Source: Myxococcota bacterium
Lineage (GTDB): Bacteria; Myxococcota_A; UBA9160; PR03
Assembly: GCA_041611735.1 (NCBI GenBank)
Contig: JBFIML010000043.1
Location: 1-37,775 of the forward strand
Length of the DNA: 37,775 bases
Direction: 5' to 3'
Below the pieces are notes generated by a model. The model made no database searches, was not told where the DNA came from, and worked only from the letters and a program-made list of their open reading frames with translations. This document shows, in pieces, positions 1-8,513 of the stretch. The translations under genes were made by a program, and so were the position numbers. Position 1 is the first letter of the stretch; each line of letters opens with the position of its first letter.

Positions 1-100
1 CCGTCGCAGTGGGCGTCGGCGTGGCCGTCGCAGTGGGCGTCGGCGTGGCCGTCGCAGTCGGCGTCGGCGTGGCCGTGGCAGTCGGCGTCGGCGTGGCCGT
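1..100. repeat. 24-bp coding tandem repeat (~4 copies), encoding TATPTPTA on the minus strand
   Basis: Unit ccgtcgcagtgggcgtcggcgtgg at 1, 25, 49 and 73 with synonymous-type variation; no spacers. Confidence 0.92.
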
Positions 101-184
101 CGGCCCAGCCTGGGCCAGGAACGGCACCCCGACAGCCAGAGCCAGCGCCAAGAGAAGGCTTTGCAACTTGTTCGACCGGGTCAT
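2..184 (-). CDS. Secreted Thr/Pro-repeat (PT-linker) surface protein, 5' part only; continues beyond the left edge
   Basis: ATG at 184 with RBS GGGGAG. Translation MTRSNKLQSLLLALALAVGVPFLAQA-GPTATPTPTATATPTPTATATPTPTAT...: a Sec signal peptide ending AQA, then Thr/Pro repeats. No stop in the window. Confidence 0.88.
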   Translation of the reverse strand, partial: MTRSNKLQSLLLALALAVGVPFLAQAGPTATPTPTATATPTPTATATPTPTATATPTPTAT

Positions 185-296
185 GGTCTCCCCCAAGCAG
201 TAGAAGCGTTGCTGCCAGCGTCCTATTCCCCGGGGGGAATCCCGTCCCGCTCCGGGCGATGGCCAAATCAGTTCAAACGAGGCCGCAGGGAGCTGG

Positions 297-312
297 TGCA
301 AGATCCTTGCCG
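297..312 (-). promoter_or_regulatory. sigma54 (-24/-12) promoter for the PT-repeat protein gene
   Basis: Minus strand CGGCAAGGATCTTGCA: GG-N10-GC with TTGCA, matching YTGGCACGrNNNTTGCW. IHF-like AATCGGGAACTTG at 339-351 (minus). Confidence 0.72.
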
Positions 313-369
313 GTCCGGAACGCCGGTCTGAACTCGCTCAAGTTCCCGATTTTCCCTGGATCTCGCTCT

Positions 370-401
370 CCGAGGTCCGGTCGGCTCCGATCGGACCTCG
401 G
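370..401. terminator. Strong inverted repeat downstream of the PMT gene (possible terminator)
   Basis: ccgaggtccggtcgg-ct-ccgatcggacctcgg, 15-bp arms with one mismatch; no clear U-tract. Confidence 0.45.
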
Positions 402-426
402 TAATCGCTTTCCATAAATTGGGGAA
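400..426. promoter_or_regulatory. Putative enhancer (bEBP site), copy 1 of shared motif
   Basis: GGTAATCGCTTTCCAT-AAATT-GGGGAA; similar to 14983-15008 and 26429-26454. Confidence 0.55.
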
Positions 427-446
427 ACTCTTGGAGCCGAAGCCTC

Positions 447-1793
447 TCAGCGCCAGCTCGGAAAGGCATCGAGCAGGAGCCCCTGGTACCCCGGAGCCTT
501 CAGAAACGCGAAGGTCATTGGGCTCATGGCGACGAAGCCGAGCACCAGAACCGCGACTGCCGCGTGGACGCTGGCCCGCTGGCTCCGCCAGCTTCCAGGC
601 CGGGTCCAGCCGACCCGGTCGAGCCAGAGGAGCACCACGCAGACGCCGAAGAGCAGCGGCGTCAGGTAGTGGTACAGGAACAGGGCGCGCGGGACCGGTA
701 TCAGGGGAACGAAGGAGATTCCGTAGCCGAGCCAGGGGATCCAGAGCCGGCGCCCCGGCGCCGGTGCCACCCGCAGATCCGTGATCCGGACCAGCACCAG
801 ATTGGCCGCGACCACGATCAGGCCCAGGGTCGTTCCCCACCACACGACGGGATTGCCCAGGAAGTAGAGGGCCGACCCCTCCCCGCTCCAGTAGAAGACG
901 GCTCGGGCCATGAGGGGCCAGCTCCACCAGGCGCTCGAGTAGGGATGGGAGGCGGTGAGCCCGTAGTTGGAGGCGAGCATCTGACGATGGACCTCCACGA
1001 TGTCCGCCAGCAGGGATCCCCCGGGAACCCCCCAGGCCCAGCCCGGACCGGCCTCCGTCAGCAGCTGGAAGTGCAGCGTCCAGCCCGCCATGTAGACCCC
1101 GACCGCCCCGGCCAGGATCCACACCGCCTGGCTCGCGGTGACCCGGAGCCGGCCCAGGTCGGGCCGACGCAGGAACTCGATGGCCAGGCAGATGCCGATC
1201 AGGCCCAGGGCCGCGAGCCCCGTGAACTTCGTGCCGGCCGCTAGGCCGGCGAGAGCCCCCGCGCCCAGGCAGGCGACGCTGCGCCGCAGCCGTTCCTGGG
1301 TCCGCAACGCCGCCAGGAAGCAGGAGAGCGAGCCGAAGCCGGCCAGCAGCAGGATCCCGTCCAGGGCGACGATGCGCGTCTGGAGGAGGACCGCGTTGTC
1401 CAGCAGCACGACCAGTCCGCCCAGGAAGGCCGCCGCGGTGGACGCTCCCAGCTGGAGCAGCAGGACGAAGAGGAGCGCTGGAAGCAACGTGCCCGCCAGC
1501 GCCGGCACCAGGCGCAGCAGGGCCGGCGAGACCGCCGTGAAGGGCTCGCCCAGGTCCTGGAAGCGCTGGCCGCCGCGATAGCCGCCCAGCGCCGCCACCC
1601 CCGCGATCAGCAGCTTGGGATGGGGAGGATGGATGTCGAAGATGTACTGGCCGCTGCAGCAGTAGGCGTCCACGAAGCCACCGAAGTAGACCTCGTCGAA
1701 GACGACGCCGCGGGGCTCGGAGAGGCGGAAGAAGTGCAGGACGGCCGAGAGCGCCAGCAGGATCACGAGCAGACTCGTGTTTCGCCGCCGCAT
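447..1793 (-). CDS. pmt: Dolichyl/polyprenyl-phosphate-mannose:protein O-mannosyltransferase (PMT, GT39, GT-C fold)
   Basis: Motifs VFDEVYF (catalytic DE), DIHPP..KLLIA, TKFTG, HPYSSAWWSWPL, GNPVVWW, R.LFLYHY; many TM helices. Confidence 0.88.
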   Translation of the reverse strand: MRRRNTSLLVILLALSAVLHFFRLSEPRGVVFDEVYFGGFVDAYCCSGQYIFDIHPPHPKLLIAGVAALGGYRGGQRFQDLGEPFTAVSPALLRLVPALAGTLLPALLFVLLLQLGASTAAAFLGGLVVLLDNAVLLQTRIVALDGILLLAGFGSLSCFLAALRTQERLRRSVACLGAGALAGLAAGTKFTGLAALGLIGICLAIEFLRRPDLGRLRVTASQAVWILAGAVGVYMAGWTLHFQLLTEAGPGWAWGVPGGSLLADIVEVHRQMLASNYGLTASHPYSSAWWSWPLMARAVFYWSGEGSALYFLGNPVVWWGTTLGLIVVAANLVLVRITDLRVAPAPGRRLWIPWLGYGISFVPLIPVPRALFLYHYLTPLLFGVCVVLLWLDRVGWTRPGSWRSQRASVHAAVAVLVLGFVAMSPMTFAFLKAPGYQGLLLDAFPSWR

Positions 1794-1820
1794 GCGCTAC
1801 CCCCCGACCGCGATTTGGAC

Positions 1821-3479
1821 GTGCACCATACCAATTCGCGGCCCTGGGGCGGACCTGGCGATGCGGCGCGCCCGGCCGGCGCCCGCTTGGGCGCGGGGCT
1901 CGTGGCCGTCCTCGCCACCTGGGGCCTCTACTTCACGCTGCTGTGGCCCCGGATGCTCTTCGAGCGCAGCGACGGTCTGTGGGCAGGCTGGCGCACCGTG
2001 TGGGCGGACTGGGCGGCCCACTTCGCCTACGCCAATGTGTTTGCCTACCAGGCCGCGCCGGACTGGTTCTCCAGCCACCCGCTCTTCCTCGCCCGCCCCT
2101 TCGACTACCCCTTCGCGGTGGACGCGCTCTCCGGACTCCTCATGCGGGTGGGCGTGGATCGGGTGGCCGCCTTCGTGGGGCCCTCCCTGCTCGCCTCCCT
2201 GGCTTTCGTCGCCCTGCTCTTCGTCTTCTATGCAATTCGGCTCGGATCCTCGCGTCTCGCCCTCCTCGCGACGACGCTCTTCTTCACCAACGGGGGCCTC
2301 GGCTTCCTGCAAGGCCTGCCCCTGCGCGAGTACACCTACCTCCCCCGGCACCACGTCGAGTGGATCAACGTGGTCTCCGCGGAGCTCCTGCCCCAGCGCG
2401 CACTGCTGTTCGGCATCCCGCTCGCCCTGTGGGTCCTGACCCTGCTGTGCCGCTGGAGCGGTCGCGGTTTCGCCGGCGTGTCGCTTCCGAAGCTGGCCGG
2501 GCTCGGCCTGCTGGCCAGCGCGATCCTCGTGGTGCACCCGCACTCCTGGCTCGCCCTGGCGGTGCTGTGCGCCTTCCTGCTCGCATTCGACCTCGGGCAC
2601 TGGCGCTCGTGGTTGGCCTTCGCGGTCGCCACGGCGGTGCCCTCCTTGATCCTGCTCGGCGTCTTCTACGGGCAGACGGGCGAGCGCGGGTTCCTGGACT
2701 GGCATCCGGGCTGGCTGGCCCACCCGGCGGAAGGCGGCGGAACGCCGCTCTGGCTGTTCCTCTGGCTCAACTGGGGGGTGTTCCTGCCGTTGACCGTCGT
2801 GTCGGTGGCGCGTTTCCGCTACGACCGGGATCCGTTGGTGGTCGCGGGCCTCGCGCTCTTCGCGGTCTGCTTTCTGGTGCGCTTCCAGCCCAACACGTGG
2901 GACAATACGAAGCTCCTCACCTGGGCCCACCTCCTGCTCTGTGTGCCCGTGGCGCGCTACCTGGCCCACCTGGTCTCGAAGCCGCGCATCCTCTCGCGGC
3001 TCGTCGCCGTGCTGCTGCTCGTCTTCGTGACGGCCTCCGGGGGGCTCGACCTGTGGCGCCTCACGCGCACCCGAGAGGTTGCCGTGCGCATGTGGACCCG
3101 GGACGAGCTCGAGCTGGCCGCCGCATTCCGGGCACGATCCCGTCCCGAGGCGATCGTCCTGTGTTCCGACGACCACCATCAGTGGGTGGCTTCCTTGAGT
3201 GGCCGGCGCGTACTGCTCGGCTACCGCGGCTGGCTTGCCAGCTACGGGATCGACTACGCGCAGGTGCTGACCGACGTCCGCACCATGCTGGCGGGCGGCT
3301 CCCGGGCGGAGGCCTTGATGAGCCGCTACGGCGTGGACTACGTGGTGATCGGCCCGATCGAGCGGCGCGACTTCGGAGCCGTCGAGGGCTACTTTGAACG
3401 GAACCACGAACTCGTGCTCCAGGGAGCGGGCCACAAGGTGTTTCGCGTCAGCCGGCGGGCCGGAGCAGCCGCCTCGTGA
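1821..3479 (+). CDS. Polytopic GT-C-type membrane protein (putative glycosyltransferase) with C-terminal periplasmic domain
   Basis: About 12 TM segments, W(A)DWAAH and YPF loop motifs, C-terminal LSGRRVLLGY...YGVDYVVIGPIER. Start moved to GTG 1821 because the track ORF's N-terminus overlaps pmt. Confidence 0.72.
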   Translation: MHHTNSRPWGGPGDAARPAGARLGAGLVAVLATWGLYFTLLWPRMLFERSDGLWAGWRTVWADWAAHFAYANVFAYQAAPDWFSSHPLFLARPFDYPFAVDALSGLLMRVGVDRVAAFVGPSLLASLAFVALLFVFYAIRLGSSRLALLATTLFFTNGGLGFLQGLPLREYTYLPRHHVEWINVVSAELLPQRALLFGIPLALWVLTLLCRWSGRGFAGVSLPKLAGLGLLASAILVVHPHSWLALAVLCAFLLAFDLGHWRSWLAFAVATAVPSLILLGVFYGQTGERGFLDWHPGWLAHPAEGGGTPLWLFLWLNWGVFLPLTVVSVARFRYDRDPLVVAGLALFAVCFLVRFQPNTWDNTKLLTWAHLLLCVPVARYLAHLVSKPRILSRLVAVLLLVFVTASGGLDLWRLTRTREVAVRMWTRDELELAAAFRARSRPEAIVLCSDDHHQWVASLSGRRVLLGYRGWLASYGIDYAQVLTDVRTMLAGGSRAEALMSRYGVDYVVIGPIERRDFGAVEGYFERNHELVLQGAGHKVFRVSRRAGAAAS

Positions 3480-4075
3480 CCCAGCCCGAGAGGCCGCGAC
3501 GGACCCTGGACCGGGCGCTCGACGTGACGGAGGCCCTGCTGTGGCTGGCGCTGCTGGCCTTCGGCACTCAGGTCGCCCTCGTGGCGCTGCGGGACGAGCC
3601 TGCTGCGCCCTCCGGGCCGGCGGCCGCCGCGCCGGTCGGGCTGATCGAGGCCGAGACCCTGCCGGTACGGGCGACGAGCCGGAAGTTCACCTTCTGGCTC
3701 CAGCCTACCGAGGGCTTCCGGGGCGGGCGCTGGTCGAAGGACGGTCACATGTTCGCCTACGGCACGCGCGAGGGCGACTGGGTCGAGCTGGAGCTTCCGC
3801 CCCGGGAGCCGGGCGAGTACCGCCTGGAGATGTTCCTGACCAAGGCTGCGGACTACGGCATCCTCGCCGCCTCCGTGAACGGGGATCGGGTCGGAGACCC
3901 GATCGACCTCTGGTCCTACGGCGTGCTGCCCAGCGGAGCGGTCGACCTGGGACTCGTCTCGCTGCGGGGCCAGGGAGACGTGCTCCGTCTCCAGCTGATC
4001 GGCACCAACCCGAACGCCACGGCGCCCTTCTACCAGTTCGGGGTCGACGGCATCCGCCTGACGCGCAGCCCATGA
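3476..4075 (+). CDS. Membrane-anchored beta-sandwich protein (carbohydrate-binding-like; resembles the C-terminal module of some DUF2961/GH172 proteins)
   Basis: GTGA overlap with upstream gene; N-terminal TM; motifs LTKAADYG, IDLWS, VDLG, FGVDGIRL. Confidence 0.65.
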   Translation: MTQPERPRRTLDRALDVTEALLWLALLAFGTQVALVALRDEPAAPSGPAAAAPVGLIEAETLPVRATSRKFTFWLQPTEGFRGGRWSKDGHMFAYGTREGDWVELELPPREPGEYRLEMFLTKAADYGILAASVNGDRVGDPIDLWSYGVLPSGAVDLGLVSLRGQGDVLRLQLIGTNPNATAPFYQFGVDGIRLTRSP

Positions 4076-7000
4076 GGTTCGCCGATCGAGGGAACAGGAT
4101 CCGGACCCCCGCCGAGCGCGGGGGCGTGCTGCGGGCGCTCTGCGTCCCGCTCCTCCTGGCCGCCTCGGGCTGCGGGACCTCCCACGATCCCCCGGCGGTC
4201 CTCTCTGGTCGTCCCCTGCATCTCTACGACCACCTGGACCACGCCGCCGTGAGCGGCGCCGCCACCCTGCTGGCGGGGGCCTCGCCCGGGGTGGAGCGTA
4301 CGCTCCTTGCCGTGGACTTCGAGGACGGCCGCCTCGAACCGCTCGCCCCCTTTGCCGGCTTCGGCCGTGAGGTCGCGGGGACCGCCGCTTTCGCGGGTGT
4401 CGTCCGCGGCGCGCGAGGGTTCGCAGGCGGTGCGAGCGCCGAGCTGCGTGGCGACGTGCCCCACGGCGCGAGCCTGCGCACCCCCCCGATCCCGGTCGAG
4501 CCCGGCCAGCTCTATCGGCTCCGCTATCGGATTGCCGTGGAGGGGTTGGAGGCGGGAAGGGGCGACCTCTTCGGAGGTCCGTCACTCCTGCTCTACCGCG
4601 TCCCGCCCGCGGAGAGCGAGGAGGTGGCGGGGATCCTGTCCCAGCCGGGGCGCGAGAAGGCGCTGCGCCTGCGCGGAAGCTCCGACTTCCGAGTGACCCG
4701 CCAGCGGGGAGCCGCTTCCTGGCGTCTCGAGGAGACCGTGTTCACGGTCCCGGCCGCGGCCACCCACATGGTGTTGAGCTTCGATCTGAGCCGTTCCAAG
4801 GACGACCGCTCGGCCCACGAGGCTCGGGGCGTCGCCCGCTACGACGACATCCGGCTCATGGCGCGCGACGACCCGCTTCCGCTCCGCCACCGAGAGCTCG
4901 ACGACGGAGCCGGTCCCCCGCACCCCCTCAAGCTGTTCGTGCAGCTCGGTCACCGGGCCCGGCCCTACGCCACCGAGGCTCGCTACGCCCTGGCGGCACC
5001 GGCGCCCTCGGCCCTGACCTTCGAGACGGAGATCCCGGAGTCCGGGGTCCTGAGCGTCGGCTATGGCCTGCTGCCCGCCGCCCAGCTCCCCGGCGCCCCG
5101 CCCGTCACCTTCGCCGTGGAGGTCCGGGAAGCGCAGGGGGAGCGCCGGGAGCTGTTCCGCGACGTGCTCTCCTCGGACGCCAGCCGATGGTCCGACGCCG
5201 AGGTGGACCTCGCGGAGTTCGCCGGCCGCCGCGTCCAGGTCGCCCTGCGCACCGAGGGGAGACCCGCACCCCCGAACGAAGCCGAGCTGCTGCGCCGCCT
5301 GCCCGAGGCCGGGGCCGTGTGGAGCTACCCGATCCTGCACTCCAGCAGCGATCGGGGACGCCTCCTCGTGCTGGTGGGGATCGATACCCTGGCGGCAGGG
5401 CGCTGCTCTACCTACGGCTACCAGCGGGCGACCACGCCCGCCTTGAGCCGCATCGCGGAACGCGGCGTCCTGTTCCGCCGCGCCCTGTCGCCCTCCCCCT
5501 GGACGCTTCCGGCCTTCGCCTCGATGCTGACCGGCCTGGCTCCGGGACGGCACCTGGCGGGCGAGGGGCTGCGCGGGGAGCGTCAGGGATGGCGGCCCCT
5601 GGCCGCCGGCTTCTTGACCGTCGTCGAGCGGCTGCGCCGCGCCGGCTGGGAGACGCGCGCCTGGATCAACAACCCGCTGATGACCCACGCCTTCGGTCTC
5701 GATCAGGGCTTCGCGTCCTACGTGGACTACGCCACCCAGGGTCACGACGAGGCGGCGGAGCCCGGCATGTCCGCGCTGCTCGAATACCTGGCCCGGCCCC
5801 GCGGACACGATCGCCTGCTCTTCGTGCACCTGATGGATCCCCACAGCCCCTACCGGGCCAACGACGCCTTCCGCCAGCGCTTCCTCGACCCGGACTACTC
5901 CGGACGCTTCGTCGCTCCCTTCGACTCCCGCGGCTTCGACGCGGTGATCGGCGAGGGCGGGGCGAAGCTCCCGGAGCGCGATCGGCGCCGGGTCGTGGAG
6001 TTCTACGAGTCGGCGGTCGCCTACTCGGACTGGCAGCTCGGGCGCCTGTTCGAGGCCCTGGAGCGCGCGTCGGCGGACGCGGAGGTGACGCTGCTGGTCT
6101 CCTCGGACCATGGCGAGGAGTTCTGGGAGCACGGGCTGACGGAGCACGGCCATACCCTGTTCGACGAGGTGCTCCACGTCCCGCTCGTGCTCTGGGCGCC
6201 CGGGCGCGTCGGCGGACCGGACGTGGTCGAGGCGCCCGTCTCCACCCAGGACGTGGCCGCCACCCTGCTCGATGCGGCCGGCTTGGAGATCCCGGAGGAG
6301 CTCGAGTCCCGCTCGCTCCTGGATGCCCCAGCGAGACACGCAGAGAAGTCGCGGCTGCTGGTGGCGGAGAACATGCTGTACGGCGTCCAGCGCATGGCCG
6401 TGGAGCAGGGCGGGGTCAAGTACGTCTACAACCAGCAGGCCAACGGCCGGCCGGGTCCCCGCGCTCCCCGGCCCGCGGCGCGCCACGAGCTCTACCTGCT
6501 CGACGCGGACCCCGGCCAGACCCGCAACGTGTTCCGGCGCGAGATGCAGCGGGCGCTGCCGCTCCACGAGGCCCTGGCCCGGCGCTTCGTGGCTTCCCTG
6601 GGCGGGGCCTACGTGCTGCGGCTCGACGCGGGAGGCGACGCGTCGGGAAGCTCCGGGGCGCTGCGTTGGGAGGCCGTGCTGACCCTCCCGCCCGGGGCCG
6701 CCTGGGGGCCGGACGTCCGGGATCTCGTCTGGCCCCTCGCGGACGGGAGCGAGGCGCCGCTGCGCGTGGCCCGGCGGTCCAAACGCAAGCTGGAGCTCCG
6801 CGTGGAGGCGCGGCGCGCGCTGCTGGCGTTCACGATCCAAGAAGGCGCGGGCCCCGTCGAGCTGACTCTCTCCCGGGACGGGCGGCCGCTGGCACCGGCG
6901 CAGGTCGGGCTCGGAGCGGCCACGACGCGTCCCGGCTCGCTTCCGGCCCGGCTGGACGACGCGGCGCTCCGCACCGAGGCCCAGCGGCTGCTCGATTGGA

Positions 7001-7131
7001 GGTCGGACGACCCCGCCGCGCTCGTCGCGCGGGTTCCGGTGCTGCCGGAGCTGCGCCGCTCGGCGGCGCAGGCCGACGTGGATGCGGAGCTCCGCGAGCA
7101 GCTCAAGGCCCTGGGGTATCTGTCCGAATGA
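4072..7131 (+). CDS. Large multidomain sulfatase-like hydrolase/transferase (alkaline phosphatase superfamily), probable lipoprotein
   Basis: ATGA overlap at 4072; lipobox-like LLLAASGC; IDTL, SPWTLPAFAS, HLMDPHSPY, SDHGEEF..HG..HGH, C-terminal LKALGY. Confidence 0.85.
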   Translation: MRFADRGNRIRTPAERGGVLRALCVPLLLAASGCGTSHDPPAVLSGRPLHLYDHLDHAAVSGAATLLAGASPGVERTLLAVDFEDGRLEPLAPFAGFGREVAGTAAFAGVVRGARGFAGGASAELRGDVPHGASLRTPPIPVEPGQLYRLRYRIAVEGLEAGRGDLFGGPSLLLYRVPPAESEEVAGILSQPGREKALRLRGSSDFRVTRQRGAASWRLEETVFTVPAAATHMVLSFDLSRSKDDRSAHEARGVARYDDIRLMARDDPLPLRHRELDDGAGPPHPLKLFVQLGHRARPYATEARYALAAPAPSALTFETEIPESGVLSVGYGLLPAAQLPGAPPVTFAVEVREAQGERRELFRDVLSSDASRWSDAEVDLAEFAGRRVQVALRTEGRPAPPNEAELLRRLPEAGAVWSYPILHSSSDRGRLLVLVGIDTLAAGRCSTYGYQRATTPALSRIAERGVLFRRALSPSPWTLPAFASMLTGLAPGRHLAGEGLRGERQGWRPLAAGFLTVVERLRRAGWETRAWINNPLMTHAFGLDQGFASYVDYATQGHDEAAEPGMSALLEYLARPRGHDRLLFVHLMDPHSPYRANDAFRQRFLDPDYSGRFVAPFDSRGFDAVIGEGGAKLPERDRRRVVEFYESAVAYSDWQLGRLFEALERASADAEVTLLVSSDHGEEFWEHGLTEHGHTLFDEVLHVPLVLWAPGRVGGPDVVEAPVSTQDVAATLLDAAGLEIPEELESRSLLDAPARHAEKSRLLVAENMLYGVQRMAVEQGGVKYVYNQQANGRPGPRAPRPAARHELYLLDADPGQTRNVFRREMQRALPLHEALARRFVASLGGAYVLRLDAGGDASGSSGALRWEAVLTLPPGAAWGPDVRDLVWPLADGSEAPLRVARRSKRKLELRVEARRALLAFTIQEGAGPVELTLSRDGRPLAPAQVGLGAATTRPGSLPARLDDAALRTEAQRLLDWRSDDPAALVARVPVLPELRRSAAQADVDAELREQLKALGYLSE

Positions 7132-8513
7132 GGCGCCGGCTCCGCAGCGTGCTCGGCGCGTGCCTGCTGCTGGTCGCCTGCCAGGGCCGCGCGCCTCTCG
7201 ATCACTTCGAGCGCGTGTTCCTGGTCACCTTCGATACCCTGCGCGCCGACCACCTGGGCAGCTACGGCTATCCGCGCCCGACCAGCCCCTTCCTCGATCA
7301 ACTGGCGGCCCAGGGGGTTCGCTTCCAGCACGCGTTCTCGCACATGCCCACCACGGCCCCGGCCCACGCGAGCCTGCTCACTGCGCTCTATCCCTTCGAG
7401 CACGACGTGCGGAAGAACGGCGAGCAGCTCGATGCTTCCTTCCTGAGCGTCGGCGACCTGCTCGGGCAGGCTGGCTTCGAGACCGCCGCCTTCGTCGGCG
7501 TGCGTTTCCTCCAGCGCTGCCTCCGGCACGACTTCGACCACTTCGACGTGGCGGTGACGGAGGGACGCAACTACCGCGTCGCCAGCGAGACGATCGACGC
7601 CACGCTGGACTGGTTGGGCGAGAAGACCCCGCAGGACCGCCTCTTCGTCTGGATCCACCTGTTCGATCCCCACGAGCACTGGGAGAACACGCCTGCGCCG
7701 CCCGAGTACCTGGAGCTCATGGCGCTGCGGACACCCCAGGAGCAGGAGACCCTCTTCGCCTTCCTGCGCGACTTCCACGACCTGCGGCCGCGGCAGCTCC
7801 AGCCCGGCCGGTCGGCGGTCCAGCGCATCCTGCGCTACGACGCCCAGATCCGCTTCGCGGATCGGGAGCTCGAGCGCTTGTACCGGGCCGTGGCGGAGCA
7901 GGGGCTCGCCCGCGACAGCCTCTGGATCGTCACCAGCGATCACGGCGAGGGCCTCGGCAACCACGGCTACGTGCTCCATGGCCGCTACCTCTACGGTGAG
8001 CATCTCCGCGTGCCGCTGATCTTCCACGCGCCGCGCCAGGGCTTTCCGCGTCGCACGACCACGGCCCTCGCCCAGCATGTGGACCTGCTCCCGACCCTGG
8101 CGGATCTGATGGGGCTTCCGGCCGAGCCCGCGGGCTACCGGCTGCGCGGGCGCAGCCTGCGCCCCTTCCTGGAGGGTGCCGAGGACGGATCGCCGGTCTA
8201 CGTCTTCGCGCAGCGCCGGCCCAAGGAGAAGGACCGGCCGAGCTTCGAGGACGGGGACCTCTACTCCCTCCAGGATTCCCGCTTCAAGTACATCCACCGC
8301 TCCGTGGGGCAATCCGAGTTCTACGACCTGGCCGAGGACCCGCTCGAGAAGCGCAACCGGATCGGGATCGACTCCCCGGATCGGGACCGCCTGCGCCGCG
8401 TCCTGGAAGCGGAGTTCACGCCCCGCTTCCACGACCCGGTGATTCCCCAGGCCCGGGAAGCGCTGGACGACGCCACGCTCGAGGAGCTGCGGGCGCTCGG
8501 GTACGTCGAGTGA
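7128..8513 (+). CDS. Sulfatase-like hydrolase/transferase, probable lipoprotein
   Basis: ATGA overlap at 7128; LLLVAC lipobox; FDTLRADHLGSYGY, PTTAPAHAS, HLFDPH, SDHGEG, LRALGY tail. Confidence 0.88.
   Translation: MRRRLRSVLGACLLLVACQGRAPLDHFERVFLVTFDTLRADHLGSYGYPRPTSPFLDQLAAQGVRFQHAFSHMPTTAPAHASLLTALYPFEHDVRKNGEQLDASFLSVGDLLGQAGFETAAFVGVRFLQRCLRHDFDHFDVAVTEGRNYRVASETIDATLDWLGEKTPQDRLFVWIHLFDPHEHWENTPAPPEYLELMALRTPQEQETLFAFLRDFHDLRPRQLQPGRSAVQRILRYDAQIRFADRELERLYRAVAEQGLARDSLWIVTSDHGEGLGNHGYVLHGRYLYGEHLRVPLIFHAPRQGFPRRTTTALAQHVDLLPTLADLMGLPAEPAGYRLRGRSLRPFLEGAEDGSPVYVFAQRRPKEKDRPSFEDGDLYSLQDSRFKYIHRSVGQSEFYDLAEDPLEKRNRIGIDSPDRDRLRRVLEAEFTPRFHDPVIPQAREALDDATLEELRALGYVE

Noticed and set aside
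1-100. 24-bp repeats as a CRISPR array
   Set aside because: Head-to-tail with no spacers, in-frame coding, and no cas genes in the window.
9-203. Plus-strand ORF MGVGVAVAVGV...
   Set aside because: Antisense shadow of the PT-repeat gene, which has the RBS, signal peptide and promoter.
3394-8513. Giant 1245-aa and 1108-aa ORFs as listed in the track
   Set aside because: Their N-terminal extensions are off-frame read-through of upstream genes in high-GC DNA; the real starts are at ATGA overlaps 4072 and 7128.
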